Positions 25,135 through 36,680 are shown, counted from the first letter of the stretch. The stretch is DNA of 64,000 bases from Octopus sinensis (GCF_006345805.1 NC_043011.1:46822464-46886463), one strand, 5' to 3'. Numbers and translations: made by a program. Notes: generated by a model from the letters alone, not told the origin.

Positions 25135-25170
<36 letters not shown>

Positions 25171-25171
25171 T

Positions 25172-25506
25172 ATATATATGTATCAAAAGAAAAACAGGAT
25201 GCAAAGGATTTTGCGGTACATATGTTTCGGGCTTTATTGAACAACTAATTCTTATATCAATGCATAGTTGATACAACAGATAGATCAAAAGGCTTCTTCA
25301 GCCGCTTACAATTACCACACCAAAGACATGTATCACATTATAACGGGTTTGAGAAAGAGTTTGAGAAAAACCTAGTTTCATTGGGAAAGTAAATCCTCGT
25401 CTGTTGTATCAACTATGCATTGATATAAGAATTAGTTGTTCGATAAAGCCCAAAACATATGTACCGCAAAATCCTTTGCGTCCTGTTTTTCTTTTGATAC
25501 ATATAT
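25172..25506. repeat. Inverted duplication, about 107-bp arms, about 120-bp spacer
   Basis: 25172-25280 versus 25400-25506: 3 mismatches, all at CpG positions. Confidence 0.93.
25213..25305 (-). ncRNA. Type I hammerhead ribozyme motif with long stem II
   Basis: gcgg-CTGAAGA-(long stem II, imperfect base)-GAAA-catatg-TA-ccgc; palindromic stem III acatatgt. Confidence 0.55.
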
Positions 25507-26313
25507 CCTATCACCTATACAGGTGCTTACATTTATCAAGTATTCACCCTGAATTTATTATATATATAGGTAGATAGATAGATATATACATACATGGATA
25601 CAATAATTGTATTATAGTATTACAGGACCCTCGCACCAGGGCAAATCAATACATTGATCCATATAGCTTTTTGGCTGCAAACCATAGCATACATACATTC
25701 AAATTAACTTTCAGACCCATGACGCTCCTGGGAAACTACTCAATGTGCCCATGTTTTAATATGGCACTGAACCCATGATATCTATCATACCTCTATTTCA
25801 CAAACTATACCAAATCCCTTTTCTTCTGATGAACAATAGAACACAATACAATAAAATATTTATGCCTCTACCATTATATACCAATAATGATCACAGTTTT
25901 TTTTTTTTAGCACTTTGACCTAATTCTCTTTTCTGGTAGAAGATATCTTTTGTTGGTCTTTTTTATTACTCACTGTCTTTTCACTCCTTTCTTCTGCATT
26001 TACCTAAAAACACAATGATATTTGCAAAGCTACAAGCCTGGAAATTCTTCTTGATCATGAGTAGTAGCAACCAAACCCGATATAATGTCACAGACCTTCA
26101 AGGAACCAATGAACTTTGGATTTATCTTAACTAAATGAATGATTCAAAATGCAAGGATGTGGAATCTTGATTCATATTTATATTTTACCAAATTTTCCTT
26201 GTATTTTAAAATGCATTTCTTTGTTATTCCTTATTTTATCATATTTGTTTTTATTTTACATTTCATTTTATACATTTTGTTGTTATGATTGTTTTTAAGA
26301 GCATTGTACTTAA

Positions 26314-26534
26314 CCCTTTCATTACCAACCTGGCTGAAACCGGCTCTGACTCTGTAGTACAAATGTCTTGTTTTCATAAGTTTTGAATTAAAATCTTCCA
26401 CCAAACCTTAGTCACTATTTATGTTCCTAACACTAGCTGAATGATAACCAAGTTATTTTACTAAATTCTTTGTTGTATTTGAAGTAATTGAAAGAAACAC
26501 AAAGCTTCTCAAAATAAATACAGTAATGAAAGGG
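26314..26534. mobile_element. piggyBac-family MITE
   Basis: Perfect 12-bp TIR ccctttcattac/gtaatgaaaggg with TTAA on both sides (26310-13, 26535-38). Confidence 0.92.
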
Positions 26535-26636
26535 TTAAACACACACACATGCATGTCTGTATGCATGCATGCATGTGTGTATGCATGAGTGCATGTGTGA
26601 AAATCCCTAGGCTGGGTTTAAAAATGGATTGTTTAT

Positions 26637-26790
26637 GCAGGTATAGCTATTTGGATCAGGGGTCTTGGTTCAGTCCCACTGTGTGACACCTTGGACAAGT
26701 GTCTTCTACTATAGCCCAAGGCCAACTAAAACCTTGTGGGTGGAGTGATTGACAGTAACATAAAGAAGCCCACTTTGTGTATGTGTATGT
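26637..26790 (+). mobile_element. SINE family A, 5' half
   Basis: ggttcagtcccactgtgtgacaccttggacaagtgtcttctactatagcc. Confidence 0.75.
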
Positions 26791-26925
26791 GTCATCATCA
26801 TCATCGTCGTTTAATGTCTGTTTTCCATGCTGGCATGGGTTGGACAGCTGAATCGCTACCTGGGCTTCATGTCTATTTTGGCGTGGTTTCTATGGCTGGA
26901 TGTCCTTCAATAACAACCACTTTAG
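26790..26925 (-). mobile_element. RTE 3'-end copy
   Basis: (cat)n cgtttaatgtctgttttccatgctggcatgggttggac. Confidence 0.75.
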
Positions 26926-27071
26926 AAAGTATGTATGTATGTAATGATGTATGTATGTATATATGTATGTATGTATGTATGTATGATGTTTGTATGTATG
27001 TATGTATGTAAGTATGTAAGTTTGTATCTATCACCTATCTATCTATCTCTCTCTCTCTATATATATATATA

Positions 27072-27372
27072 TCACGTGATCACGTGACCGGCCAGTCCAT
27101 CAGATGTAGTTACACATCGCTGGTCACAATGCGTTCGCATTGTTTTAGCCTTCGAATGACGCCACCCCGCTGGCTAAGCGAGCAGGCCAACAGAAGAAAG
27201 AGTGGGAGAAAGAGTGGTGAAAGAGTACAGCAGGGATCACCACCCCCTGCCGGAGCCTTGTGGAGCTTTAAGGTGTTTTCGCTCAATAAACACTCACAAC
27301 GCCCGGTCTGGGAATGGAAACCGCGATCCTACGACCGCGAGTCCGCTGCCCTAACCACTAGGCCATTGCGCC
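27072..27372 (-). mobile_element. Young tRNA/CORE-type SINE variant inserted in (TA)n
   Basis: CpG-rich head ggcgcaatggcctagtggttagggcagcggactcgcggtcgtaggatcgcggtttccattccc; distinct tail ending cacgtgatcacgtgat. Confidence 0.88.
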
Positions 27373-27404
27373 ATATATATATATATATATATATTTTTGT
27401 GTGC

Positions 27405-27585
27405 ATGTGAGTGCATGTGTTTGTCCTCCACCACTGCTTTACAACTGGTGTTGGTTCATTTATGTCCTCATAACTGTTCATTCAAAAAAGACATAGAATA
27501 CATACTAATGTTGATTTGTTTGGCTAAGCCATTCAAGGCGGTGCCACAATCCAAAGACTGGAGCAAGTAAAAGAAGATAAAAGAA
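27405..27585 (+). mobile_element. SINE family A, degenerate 3' half
   Basis: gtttgtcctccaccactgctttacaactggtgttgg..ccattcaaggcggtgcc..gactggagcaagtaaaag. Confidence 0.6.
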
Positions 27586-28030
27586 TATATACAAAGAAGG
27601 CTGCAATGTTTATAAAAGATATAATAGTGTAGTACTTTTGGGTAAATGTCTTCTTATGGCTTCATACTGTCCAATACTTTCTGAGTGTTATTTGATTGTC
27701 AGAAACTATGTGGAGATCCAGAATATATGTTTGTATAGATCTGTCTAAGTATACATGTCTAAGTATACATCACTGAATAATGAATATTGGGAACAATTGT
27801 TGACTTTATTGAGAAAACCTATCAGTGCACGCTTTCAAATTAAGATAGCTCAATTTACATCTTAGGCTTCGGTTCTACAGATCTCTCGTTACCCTTGCTA
27901 TTATGATTACAGTGATACTGATACATAATTGGAAGCTTGGAATCAACAATTCTATTGTTCATGAAATATGAGAAAATATAAGTACACCTCTGCCTTAACA
28001 TTCGATTCTAACCAAATACATGGCCAACAA

Positions 28031-28448
28031 GGCGCAGAAGTGGCTGTGTGGTAAGTAGCTTGCTTACCAACCACATGGTTCCGGGTTCAGTCCCACCGCG
28101 TGGCACCTTTGGCAAGTGTCTTCTGCTATAGCCTCAGGCCGACCAAAGCCTTGTGAGTAGATTTCGTAGACGGAAACTGAAAGAAGCCCATCGTATATAT
28201 GTATGTATATATATATGTGTGTGTGTATGTATATGTTTGTGTGTCTGTGTTTGTCCCCTCAAAATCGCTTGACAACCAATGCTGGTGTGTTTATGTCCCT
28301 GTAACTTAGTGGTTTGGCAAAAGAGACTGATAGAATAAGTACTAGGCTTCCAAACACTAAGTCCTGGGGTCGATTTGCTCGACTAAAGGCGGTGCTCCAG
28401 CATGGCCGCAGTCAAAATGACTGAAACAAATAAACGAGTAAAGAGTAA
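28031..28448 (+). mobile_element. tRNA-derived SINE family A, full length
   Basis: Complete head, body and tail. Confidence 0.93.
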
Positions 28449-28566
28449 CTGATGTAGGTTCACCTGCTAGAAATAGTAGCAAAATCTGCCTAAATTTATA
28501 TCCCATCATTTAAATAGATTAGTCTTTGATATGCCTTGTCTTAAAGAACAGCATAGCTATGGTTAA

Positions 28567-29040
28567 ACCCTTTAGCATTCAGATTACTCTGTCAAATGTA
28601 ATGCTCATTTGTTCCCATTGTTTTGAATTAATCATGCATTATTCTTATTTCTTTATTGCCCACTAGGGGCTAAACATAGAGGGGACAAACAAGGACAGAC
28701 AAAGGGTTTAAGTCAATTACATCGACACCCCTACGTAACTGGTACGTAATTTATTGACCCAGAAAGGATGAAAGGCAAAGTCGACCTTGGTGGAATTTGA
28801 ACTCAGAACATAACAGCAGACAAAATACCGTTAAGCATTTCATCCGGTGTGCTAACGATTCTGCCAGCTAGCCACTTTAATCATGCATTATTCTGTTAAG
28901 TTCAAGATTTCAATGATGTGATTGCTCATTTTTAGAATGATATTGTTAGGTAGGTGTGAGAGACCTCATCTGATTGGTCTGAACATAAAATGGATTGACT
29001 ACTAGGGCCTGATATGGTTGGTTTAAATGCTGAATAGTAA
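28567..29040. mobile_element. piggyBac-like MITE containing a SINE B insertion
   Basis: Left end ttaa(a)ccctttagcatt; degenerate right end tttaaatgctgaatagtaa; body resumes after the SINE. Confidence 0.65.
28646..28876 (-). mobile_element. SINE family B with 18-bp TSD
   Basis: ttaatcatgcattattct at 28628-28645 and 28877-28894. Confidence 0.92.
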
Positions 29041-29079
29041 AACATACATTATGTTGTGGCTTCAAGATTTTAATGATGT

Positions 29080-29298
29080 AAAGGCAGCGAGCTGGCAGAC
29101 ACGTTAGCGCGCCGGGCGAAATGCTTAGCGGCATTTCGTCTGTCGTTACGTTCTGAGCTCAAATTCCGCCGAGGTCGACTTTGCCTTTCATCCTTTTGGG
29201 GTTGATAAATAAAGTACCTGTTTTGCACTGGGGTGTCCCTTTGTCTGTCCTTGTTTGTCCCCTCTATGTTTAGCCCCTTGTGGGCAATGAAGAAATAT
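29080..29298 (+). mobile_element. SINE family B (internal deletion) with 13-bp TSD, inside a second partial MITE copy
   Basis: attttaatgatgt at 29067-29079 and 29299-29311; flanks 29045-29420 repeat the right half of the preceding MITE. Confidence 0.88.
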
Positions 29299-29724
29299 AT
29301 TTTAATGATGTGATTGTTTATTTTTACAATGACATTTTAGGGTAGGTGTGAAAGGTTTAATCTGGCCAGTTTGAACATAACAGAGGAAAAATATTTTAGC
29401 TGGATAAAGCTGGTCTGATTACTAAAGTTTTAAAGAATCCTTGACAACAGCTATGTTGGATCAAGGTTGATCTAAGGCAAAGAAAAAAATACTATTTTAT
29501 TGAAAATATTTAAAAATGGATTTTGAAACTAAATGAAACTGAGATCTTACTGGAAAAAGCTAAATAAAAACAAACTTAAATCAATAACAAATTCCAATTA
29601 TTTTTCTCTTAATCAATTAAGATTAAAGTTTAAATTTCAATTATAGATTTTTCCCACTACCAATCAATTGTAATTTAGCAAAATATCTCAGTTTAATGAA
29701 TTTGAAATTTAGAGAAAGTAAAAA

Positions 29725-29870
29725 TTTGTAATAGTTGTATGGTTATGAAGTTTGCTTCACAACAAATTGGTTCTGAGTTCAATCTCACCTTGGGCAGGTG
29801 TCATTTCAACTTGATTGATATTTTGTGAATGAAAGTAGCTTGATAAAAACTGTATGAAGAACCAACATAT
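29725..29870 (+). mobile_element. Old SINE family A remnant
   Basis: gtatggttatgaagtttgctt..tgagttcaat..caccttgggcaggtgtc. Confidence 0.5.
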
Positions 29871-29892
29871 AATTGTACGTATGTATCAAAAA

Positions 29893-30218
29893 AGGAGCAC
29901 TCTGTTGGTTATGACGATGAGAGTTCCAGCTGATACGATCAATGGAACAGCCTGCTTATGAAATTAACGTGCAAGTGGCTGAGTACTCCAAAGCCATGTT
30001 TACTCTTAATGTAGTTCTCAGGGAGATTCAGCGTGACACAGAATGTGACAAGGCTGGCCCTTTGAAATAAAGGTTCTACTCATTTTTGCCAGTTGAGTTG
30101 ACTGGAGCATGTGAAATAAAGTGTCTTGCTCAAGGACACAACACGTTGCCGGGAATTGAACTCATGACCTTACAATCATGAGCCGAATGCCCCTAACCAC
30201 TAAGCCATGTGCCTTCAC
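29893..30218 (-). mobile_element. tRNA/CORE-type SINE, long-tail variant
   Basis: Homologous along its length to 11905-12230. Confidence 0.85.
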
Positions 30219-30339
30219 ATGTATGTATATATTACGTATGTATGCATGTATGTGTGTATGTGTGTGTGCATGTGTATATGTGTGTACATGCATGTGTGTG
30301 TGTGTGCGTGCTTGTTGACCTCCTCCCCATTTTTTCACA

Positions 30340-30545
30340 TTAATCTTACTTGAGTCGTAGGGAATTTTGTATATATTACTGACACAAACAATATGTCCAG
30401 CAGATTGGCATGTAAAATAAAGTTTCTAATCTGCAAACAAGTAAGTTTTGGCACCAGGAAAGGCATCTTGGCTATAGAATACTGCTTCAAGAAGTTCCAT
30501 CCAACCCATGCCAGTATGGAAAAAAGTGACTTCAAAATGATGATA
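30340..30545 (+). mobile_element. Diverged RTE-type 3'-end copy followed by a GAT-rich tract
   Basis: aggaaaggcatcttggctatagaa..ccatccaacccatgccagtatggaaaaaagtgac..aatgatgat. Confidence 0.65.
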
Positions 30546-31519
30546 ATGACGACGACAAGGGTGATGATTATGATGATGACAATGGTGATGATGTTGATGA
30601 TGGTTATGGTGATGTGGTGGTGATGACAACGACGACGACAGTGATGATGAGGATAATGATGCTGATGATAATGATGCTGATGATAATGATGCTGATGATA
30701 ATGATGAAGATGATGAGACCAAATGCAAAAATTTTGAATGTCTTGATCCATTTACAAAAAAAAAAAAGAAACACTCTTAATTGTTTATTATTTTGTTTGT
30801 TTTTAGTAATCAAATTAAATTTTCATTATGTGTCTCAGCAGACACCCATGACCCAATCTAACTGACTATAGGTAAATAAGTACGCAGAGGTAGTTACTGA
30901 CCTCTCATTTGCTGCAGTAAAAAACTGCAGCAGCAACAACAACATCAACACCACCAGTAGTAGTACTGTATATTTAACGACTATTTCCTGGTTTTGTCAT
31001 AATTAAGATTTAAATTTTCTTACAGGACAGGTGAAGTTAATAAGAACCTGTTCCAGTGTAAACTTGCTTCACATATAGGTAGATGAGATATGCACAGGTC
31101 TGTTTGGCTGCTAAGATTACTAGAAAGAATTGCCCAAGAGGGTACCTCTAATGTGTTCTCCTCACCCTACTAGAAACAAATCAGTGAGCGAGTCTTTATG
31201 TAGCTATTTGATTTGCTAGAAATAGCAGCCAAATTTCTCTCTCTTTCAGACTGAATCCTGGACAGATTAAAAAGAATAAATTGCGTGACATCATTCAGGG
31301 TACAGAAAGCCTGAAAATCAAAACAGAAAACAATAGAGGAATGATGGGGTGGTCATGGTTAGAACTTCTTTGACCTTAGATGAACTTCAACAAAGCTAAC
31401 CTGTTGCTATACAATGATAGTAGCATCATTGTGATGATTTATTTGTATATATTTTTATATAATTAGCTTATCGTCTATGTTGGGAAACCTTCAAACCATA
31501 ATCCAATATCATTATCTAC

Positions 31520-31700
31520 TTCAAAAAGGCACCAAACTGGCAGACCCAATGCTTAGAATTATTTTGTCCATCTTTTACATTCTAAGCTCAAATTCCACTA
31601 AGATTGACTTTGCCTTTCATCCTTTTAGGGGTCAATAAAATAAGTACTTAACCCTCTTCTCTAATCTTGTTGGCCTTGTGCCAAAATTTGAAACCCATAT
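31520..31700 (+). mobile_element. SINE family B'
   Basis: ctggcaga..ctcaaattcc..gactttgcctttcatccttttaggggtcaataaaataagtac..ggccttgtgccaaaatttgaaacc. Confidence 0.7.
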
Positions 31701-32629
31701 TCTCTACTTCAAAGATTCTCAAAGGACTTACTTCAATGGTAAATATCACATTGCTACAAAAAGTTCATTCAGTTCCATCTCCTCTGTTGTAGTAGGAAAT
31801 TTACTTACTAACCATGTAGTTTGGGATTCTGTCTGACTGCACTACACCTTGGGCAAGTATCTCTTACTTTAGCATTATGACACCAGGCAGTTACAATACT
31901 ATAGTAAAATAAGTTGGCGACTCAGTAATGAACAAATGAGTGATCGTCAGCAAAACTGACAGAGGATACATCACCAATGTCTAATATAAGACAATATAAT
32001 GGAATACAACTTTGAATGATATAATACAATATGACATTTATGAAGAACATATATAAATACATTATTATTTTATTGACATATATAATATATGAGAAAAACG
32101 CCCCCCCCCCGTCCAATGGACAGTGCTAAGTTGTCAAACAGTTAAACCAAATTTTCTCAAAACAACTTGTTCGACCGTCCCATAGGCCTCCCCTTTGAGA
32201 AACACTGATTTAACCTAAATTTGAGACACCAGCAAAAGAAGAAATAAAGATAGACTTTTTTTCTATTCCAAAGAAAAACGATTTTGTTCACACAAATATG
32301 CAACTGAAGAGTTTAAAGTACCAGTAATGATAAGGCTGTTGACTGGGAGAACACAAACATGGTTTAAACAGTAAGCTTGGCAGGAAAGAAATGTGCCTTT
32401 AAGCAGTACAAAAACAACAAAAAATGGAAGGTGCAGTTATGTACTGGTTGACGGATGAAAAGCAGGACAAGAACGGCTTTATCGATCGCATTCTTACCTG
32501 GAATCGATTTTTGTAATTTTTTCAAGACTTATACATGCCTTGATACCATTGGTATCTACATATCAAATTTGAGCGCAATCAGATGGTGGATGCCCGAGAT
32601 CCGAGAAGACACACACACACACACAGGAC

Positions 32630-32940
32630 ATATTCTTTGTAAGCCTAGTGCTTATTCTATCGGTCGCTTTTGCCGAACCGCTAAGTGACGGGGGACGTAA
32701 ACAGACCAGCGATGTTGGGGGGACAAACACAGACACCCAAACACACACACATACACACATATATATATATACATATATACGATGGGTTTCTTTCAGTTTC
32801 CGTCTACCAAATCCACTCACAAGGCTTTGGTCGGCCTGAGGCTATAGTAGAAGACACCTGCCCAAGATGCCACGCAGTGGGACTGAACCCAGAACCATGT
32901 GGCTGGTAAGCAAGTTACTTACCACACAACCACTCCTATG
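32630..32940 (-). mobile_element. SINE family A (3' tail shortened)
   Basis: Family motifs in reverse orientation. Confidence 0.9.
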
Positions 32941-33221
32941 CCTATACCTATAAAAAAAAAAAAAATTAAAATGAAAGGTTTAGTGGCATCAGAAAGGGCA
33001 TCCAGCCATAGAGGGTTGCTTTAAGGAATCTTATCTGACCCCTGCCAACATAGAAAAATGCTGATGTAAAAATAATGACGTTGCTGCTGCTCCTTCTGCT
33101 GTTGTTATTGATAATGATGATAGTCATGATGCATGGGATATATTTACATTATCACTTATACCACTTATAACTGCCCCCCTCCTCCTCCTCCTCTTCTTTC
33201 TGTTATTCTTTTTTTTTTTTA

Positions 33222-33520
33222 CCTTTCCAAGCCTACCCAGGCTCATGGGCCCGGTTTCCTGGTTTCTGTGGCGTATGTGTTCCCCCAGTTGGATGGGACG
33301 CCAGTCCATCGTAGCGTTACTCAAGAAACAGGAAGAAAGAGTGAGAGAAATTTGGGGCCAAAAAGTACAACAGGGGTCGCCCCCCCCCCCTGCCAGAGCC
33401 TTGTGGAGCTTTTAGGTGCTTTTGCTCAATAAACACACACAACGCCCGGTCTGGGAATCAAAACCACGATCTTTCGAACGTGAGTCCGCTGCCCAAACCA
33501 CTGGGCCATTGCGCCTCCAC
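33222..33520 (-). mobile_element. tRNA/CORE-type SINE variant
   Basis: Head like 27072-27372, tail like 53878-54130. Confidence 0.88.
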
Positions 33521-33638
33521 CTTTCTCTTATTACAACAATGAAAGTCACCATCCTGTTTGGTTTATTGTTGACTTGAAAATCCAACACAGTAACTAATGA
33601 CCAGATTCTCTACTAGTGAACATACTAATATCTTTCAG

Positions 33639-33703
33639 TCAACCATTGTGTATTCTGATAAAGAATCTAAACAAAGAGATATGGTGCCTGCTTTACATCA
33701 AAC
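33639..33703 (+). other. Candidate 65-nt exon of an unidentified host transcript
   Basis: actaat..atctttcag acceptor, AAC/gtaagc donor, two open frames; no protein family recognised. Confidence 0.25.
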
Positions 33704-34373
33704 GTAAGCCAGACATGCATGAAAACATCTGCATTTGCAGACCCCCATCCAGTCCACTACCTACAATAAAACACAAAACACACACACACACACGTACCAT
33801 CTCGATTATTTTCTGACTTGAGATAAAGGATTTTAGCTTCTGGAACATTTCCTCAAAGCATCCATCACACCGCTCTTTGAAGATGACTTTAGTAAAGAAT
33901 CAATCTGTTTACCAGATTCTCCAAATCAGATATTGATTGATTCCGTTTCAGATTTTTGCTTATTCTCATGGCATGTTGTTTATCTTACCTTCAGTATTCA
34001 GTCACTCATTCATTCATTTATTTATTCACTTCATTCTTTTATGCCAGGTTCATATATTCAATGAATATAATAAGTTACAAATAGGAATTGCAATTCTCTA
34101 AACAAGAATATTTGCCAAGATTTCCTCATACATATGCCAAATATATTTCCTTTGTTTTTATCGAGTTTTCTTCTTTTTCCTCTGCTATCATACCATATCC
34201 CTGGCATCTCGTTTTGTTTAACTTCCACCATCCATTACCTATCCAATCAATGTTTCTAAGCTAACATGTAAAACCATGTCATCTCACCTGTAGCCAAAAG
34301 CATTATCCTTCTCTTTGTTCTAATGTATGTTCAGCATAAGAGACACCAGTCTGATGGTATGAATCCCAAGCTA

Positions 34374-34400
34374 TGAGGGAGTGCTGAAAAGATCTTGGCT

Positions 34401-34439
<39 letters not shown>

Positions 34440-35362
34440 ATTTGGCTCAAAAGCAAATAGCAAGGCCATGTAGGGGGACATGGAGTTAAGTACAGGGTGG
34501 TGTTCATGTAAAGAGTTCAGGCCACTTGAGGTCAAGGGAGGCTTTGAACAAAGCGGTCGTCGGCATCTTCACCATCTCGTCTGGCAGCTTGTTCCACGGA
34601 TCCGCAACCCGGATGGAGAAAGCTCCTCTCCTTCGATTGAGATGAAATCGTCGCAGGTAGAGCTTTTCGGAATGACCCTGCAGCTGACGCTCTGGAGCAG
34701 GAGTGAAGAACAGCTCTTTCGAGAGGTTACACTTTCCGCTTATGATGTTGTGGGCGAGAATGAGATCACCACGGCAGTGGCGTTTTTCAAGAGAATAAAG
34801 GTCGAGCGTCCTCAGCCTTTCTTCGTAGGACAAATTTTTGAGACCATGAACCATGCGGGTAGCCAGCTTCTGGACTCTTTTGAGATGCTGTATGCCTTTG
34901 AGGAGATAAGGAGAAGAGGCTTGAATCCCATACTCCAATATGGGTCTCACCAGCATGACATAGAGTGGTAGGAATATGGCTGCTGTGAGCATTCCGAATG
35001 ACCGTCAAATCAAGAACAGAATTCCGCGTGCTTTGTTGGCAGCATGGACGCACTGGGCTGAAGGCAAAAAGGAGGAATCCACCAAGATACCTAGGTCCTT
35101 TACCTGATCGGTCCTCTCCAGCAGCAGACGACCCGGCTCGAAATCAAGTTGAGTTGCAGGAGTAGAGCCGACAGAAGGGTATTGTGAATGGTCTGGTCAG
35201 AGGCCTAAACTTCCAAGTTCTTTTGCAGGGCTTAGAAAAACTGAAGGATCACTGCAACAAGTGTGTGAACCTGAGAGGGGAATATGTTGAATAAAATCAT
35301 AATTAACTGATCCTCCAGTAATTTCTTTTCCACAAAATTAGGAACATTCTGGCACCCCCTTG
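34374..35362 (+). mobile_element. mariner-derived MITE split by a CR1 insertion (parts 34374-34402 and 35175-35362)
   Basis: TA plus left TIR tgagggagtgctgaaaagatcttggcttt; right TIR aaaattaggaacattctggcaccccct; 35222-35294 translates FLQGLEKLKDHCNKCVNLRGEYVE*, a mariner-like transposase C-terminus. Confidence 0.75.
34403..35174 (-). mobile_element. 5'-truncated CR1-clade LINE
   Basis: QVKDLGILVD, LVRPILEYG, LSYEERLRTLDLYSLEKRHCRGDLI and WNKLP motifs; one in-frame stop; 3'UTR hairpin ccatgt-N6-acatgg (34466-34483); (TAAC)n tail. Confidence 0.93.
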
Positions 35363-36025
35363 ACTGACATAAGATCATGGTTAACAAATTCCAATTAAAT
35401 TTAAAATTATAATTAGCCATCTTAGACTCACATTAAGTGGATACTGTACAAACTCAAAAAATTAATTTATTGCAATACCACAAAAAAAAAAATGTATAAA
35501 TTGCCATGATGATAATGTGTCACACTACTATTGAAAAAAACGATATTTCTCTTTGATTGATATGCCTGCTGAAAGGAGTAACTAAATTTCCCTCAATTCA
35601 CACCTTGCTATTTAAAAAAAGAACAAAAATGAAGTCCACAATGAACAGTATAATCCTTGATAGACAAAAAACTAGAACAGCTTTGATCATCAGAGGCTTA
35701 ACAATAACAAATATCCAAAGCATTATAAAGCTGATACTCCACCATCATCAATGCTTCAATGTGTCTATTGTCAAGACACCTGTCTCTCACTCTCTCACCA
35801 ACTCAAATAATCAAAGTTAAAGCACTACAGGTATACTGTAGTGACCTTCAACAGCCAAAAATCAATTCTTCATAGGTAAAAAAATAATTTTCATTTCCTT
35901 AACAGCTGGTATGACTTCCAACTTTCAGCAGTGAATGCTCTATATTGTTAAAAACTTGTTCTTTAGCTTGTACTGTTGTAGCCAAGTTCTTTTGGCTATA
36001 TACACACACACACACACGTGTATAG

Positions 36026-36065
<40 letters not shown>

Positions 36066-36094
36066 TCTCTCTCTTCCTCTCCCTCCTCCTCTCT

Positions 36095-36465
36095 CTCTTG
36101 GCTGGGTAACCATGTACTTCCTCTATAGCAAGATACTTGTTCTTCCTGTTTCCCCATCTCTCTGTCACACTCTAAACCTTTCGCCATCTGACATAAGATC
36201 CCCTCTTCCAAAGGCCCTGCCTCTCTCAAAATTCCTTGTCTTGCAAGTTACTTGGTGACCCTGCCAGTGCTGAGGCCATGTAAAAAGCATCAAGTCCACA
36301 CTGCCTGATGTACCTTAATCAGACGGGTAGTCATAACGGGTATAATGGGCTTCGTATATTTTACCCCAGTGTCACTTTGATGGCATGCACTGCTCTTTCA
36401 CTCAATAATAATAATAATAGTAATAATAATAATAACAATAATAATAATAATAATAACAATAACAA
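36095..36465 (+). mobile_element. Composite retroposon: RTE-associated internal module with an alternative (AAT)n tail
   Basis: ttccttgtcttgcaagttacttggtgac..ccatgtaaaaagca shared with 45340-45470 and 48640-48840; ends gatggcatgcactgctctttcactc(aat)n. Confidence 0.6.
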
Positions 36466-36680
36466 TAATCCCTTCTACTATAGGAACAAGGCCTGAAATT
36501 TGGAGTAGAGGGATAGTCAATTACATTGACCCCAGTGCATAACTGGTACTTATTTTATTGACTCCGAAAGGATGAAAGGCAATGCTGAACCCGGTGGAAT
36601 TTGAACTCAGGAAGTAAAGATAGATGAAATGCTGCTAAGCATTTTGCCCCACATGCTAACTGCTTTGCCAGCTCACTGCT
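36466..36680 (-). mobile_element. SINE family B' flanked by (AAT)n on both sides
   Basis: Family motifs; AAT tracts at 36403-36465 and 36682-36742. Confidence 0.85.

Noticed and set aside
26015-26134. 39-aa ORF containing QTRYNVTDLQ, reminiscent of fibronectin type III
   Set aside because: It is short, has no splice signals and lacks other FN3 hallmarks
32120-32215. hAT-like right end ctttgagaaacactg
   Set aside because: No matching left TIR or TSD found
34480-34971. 163-aa plus-strand ORF
   Set aside because: Antisense shadow of the CR1 ORF
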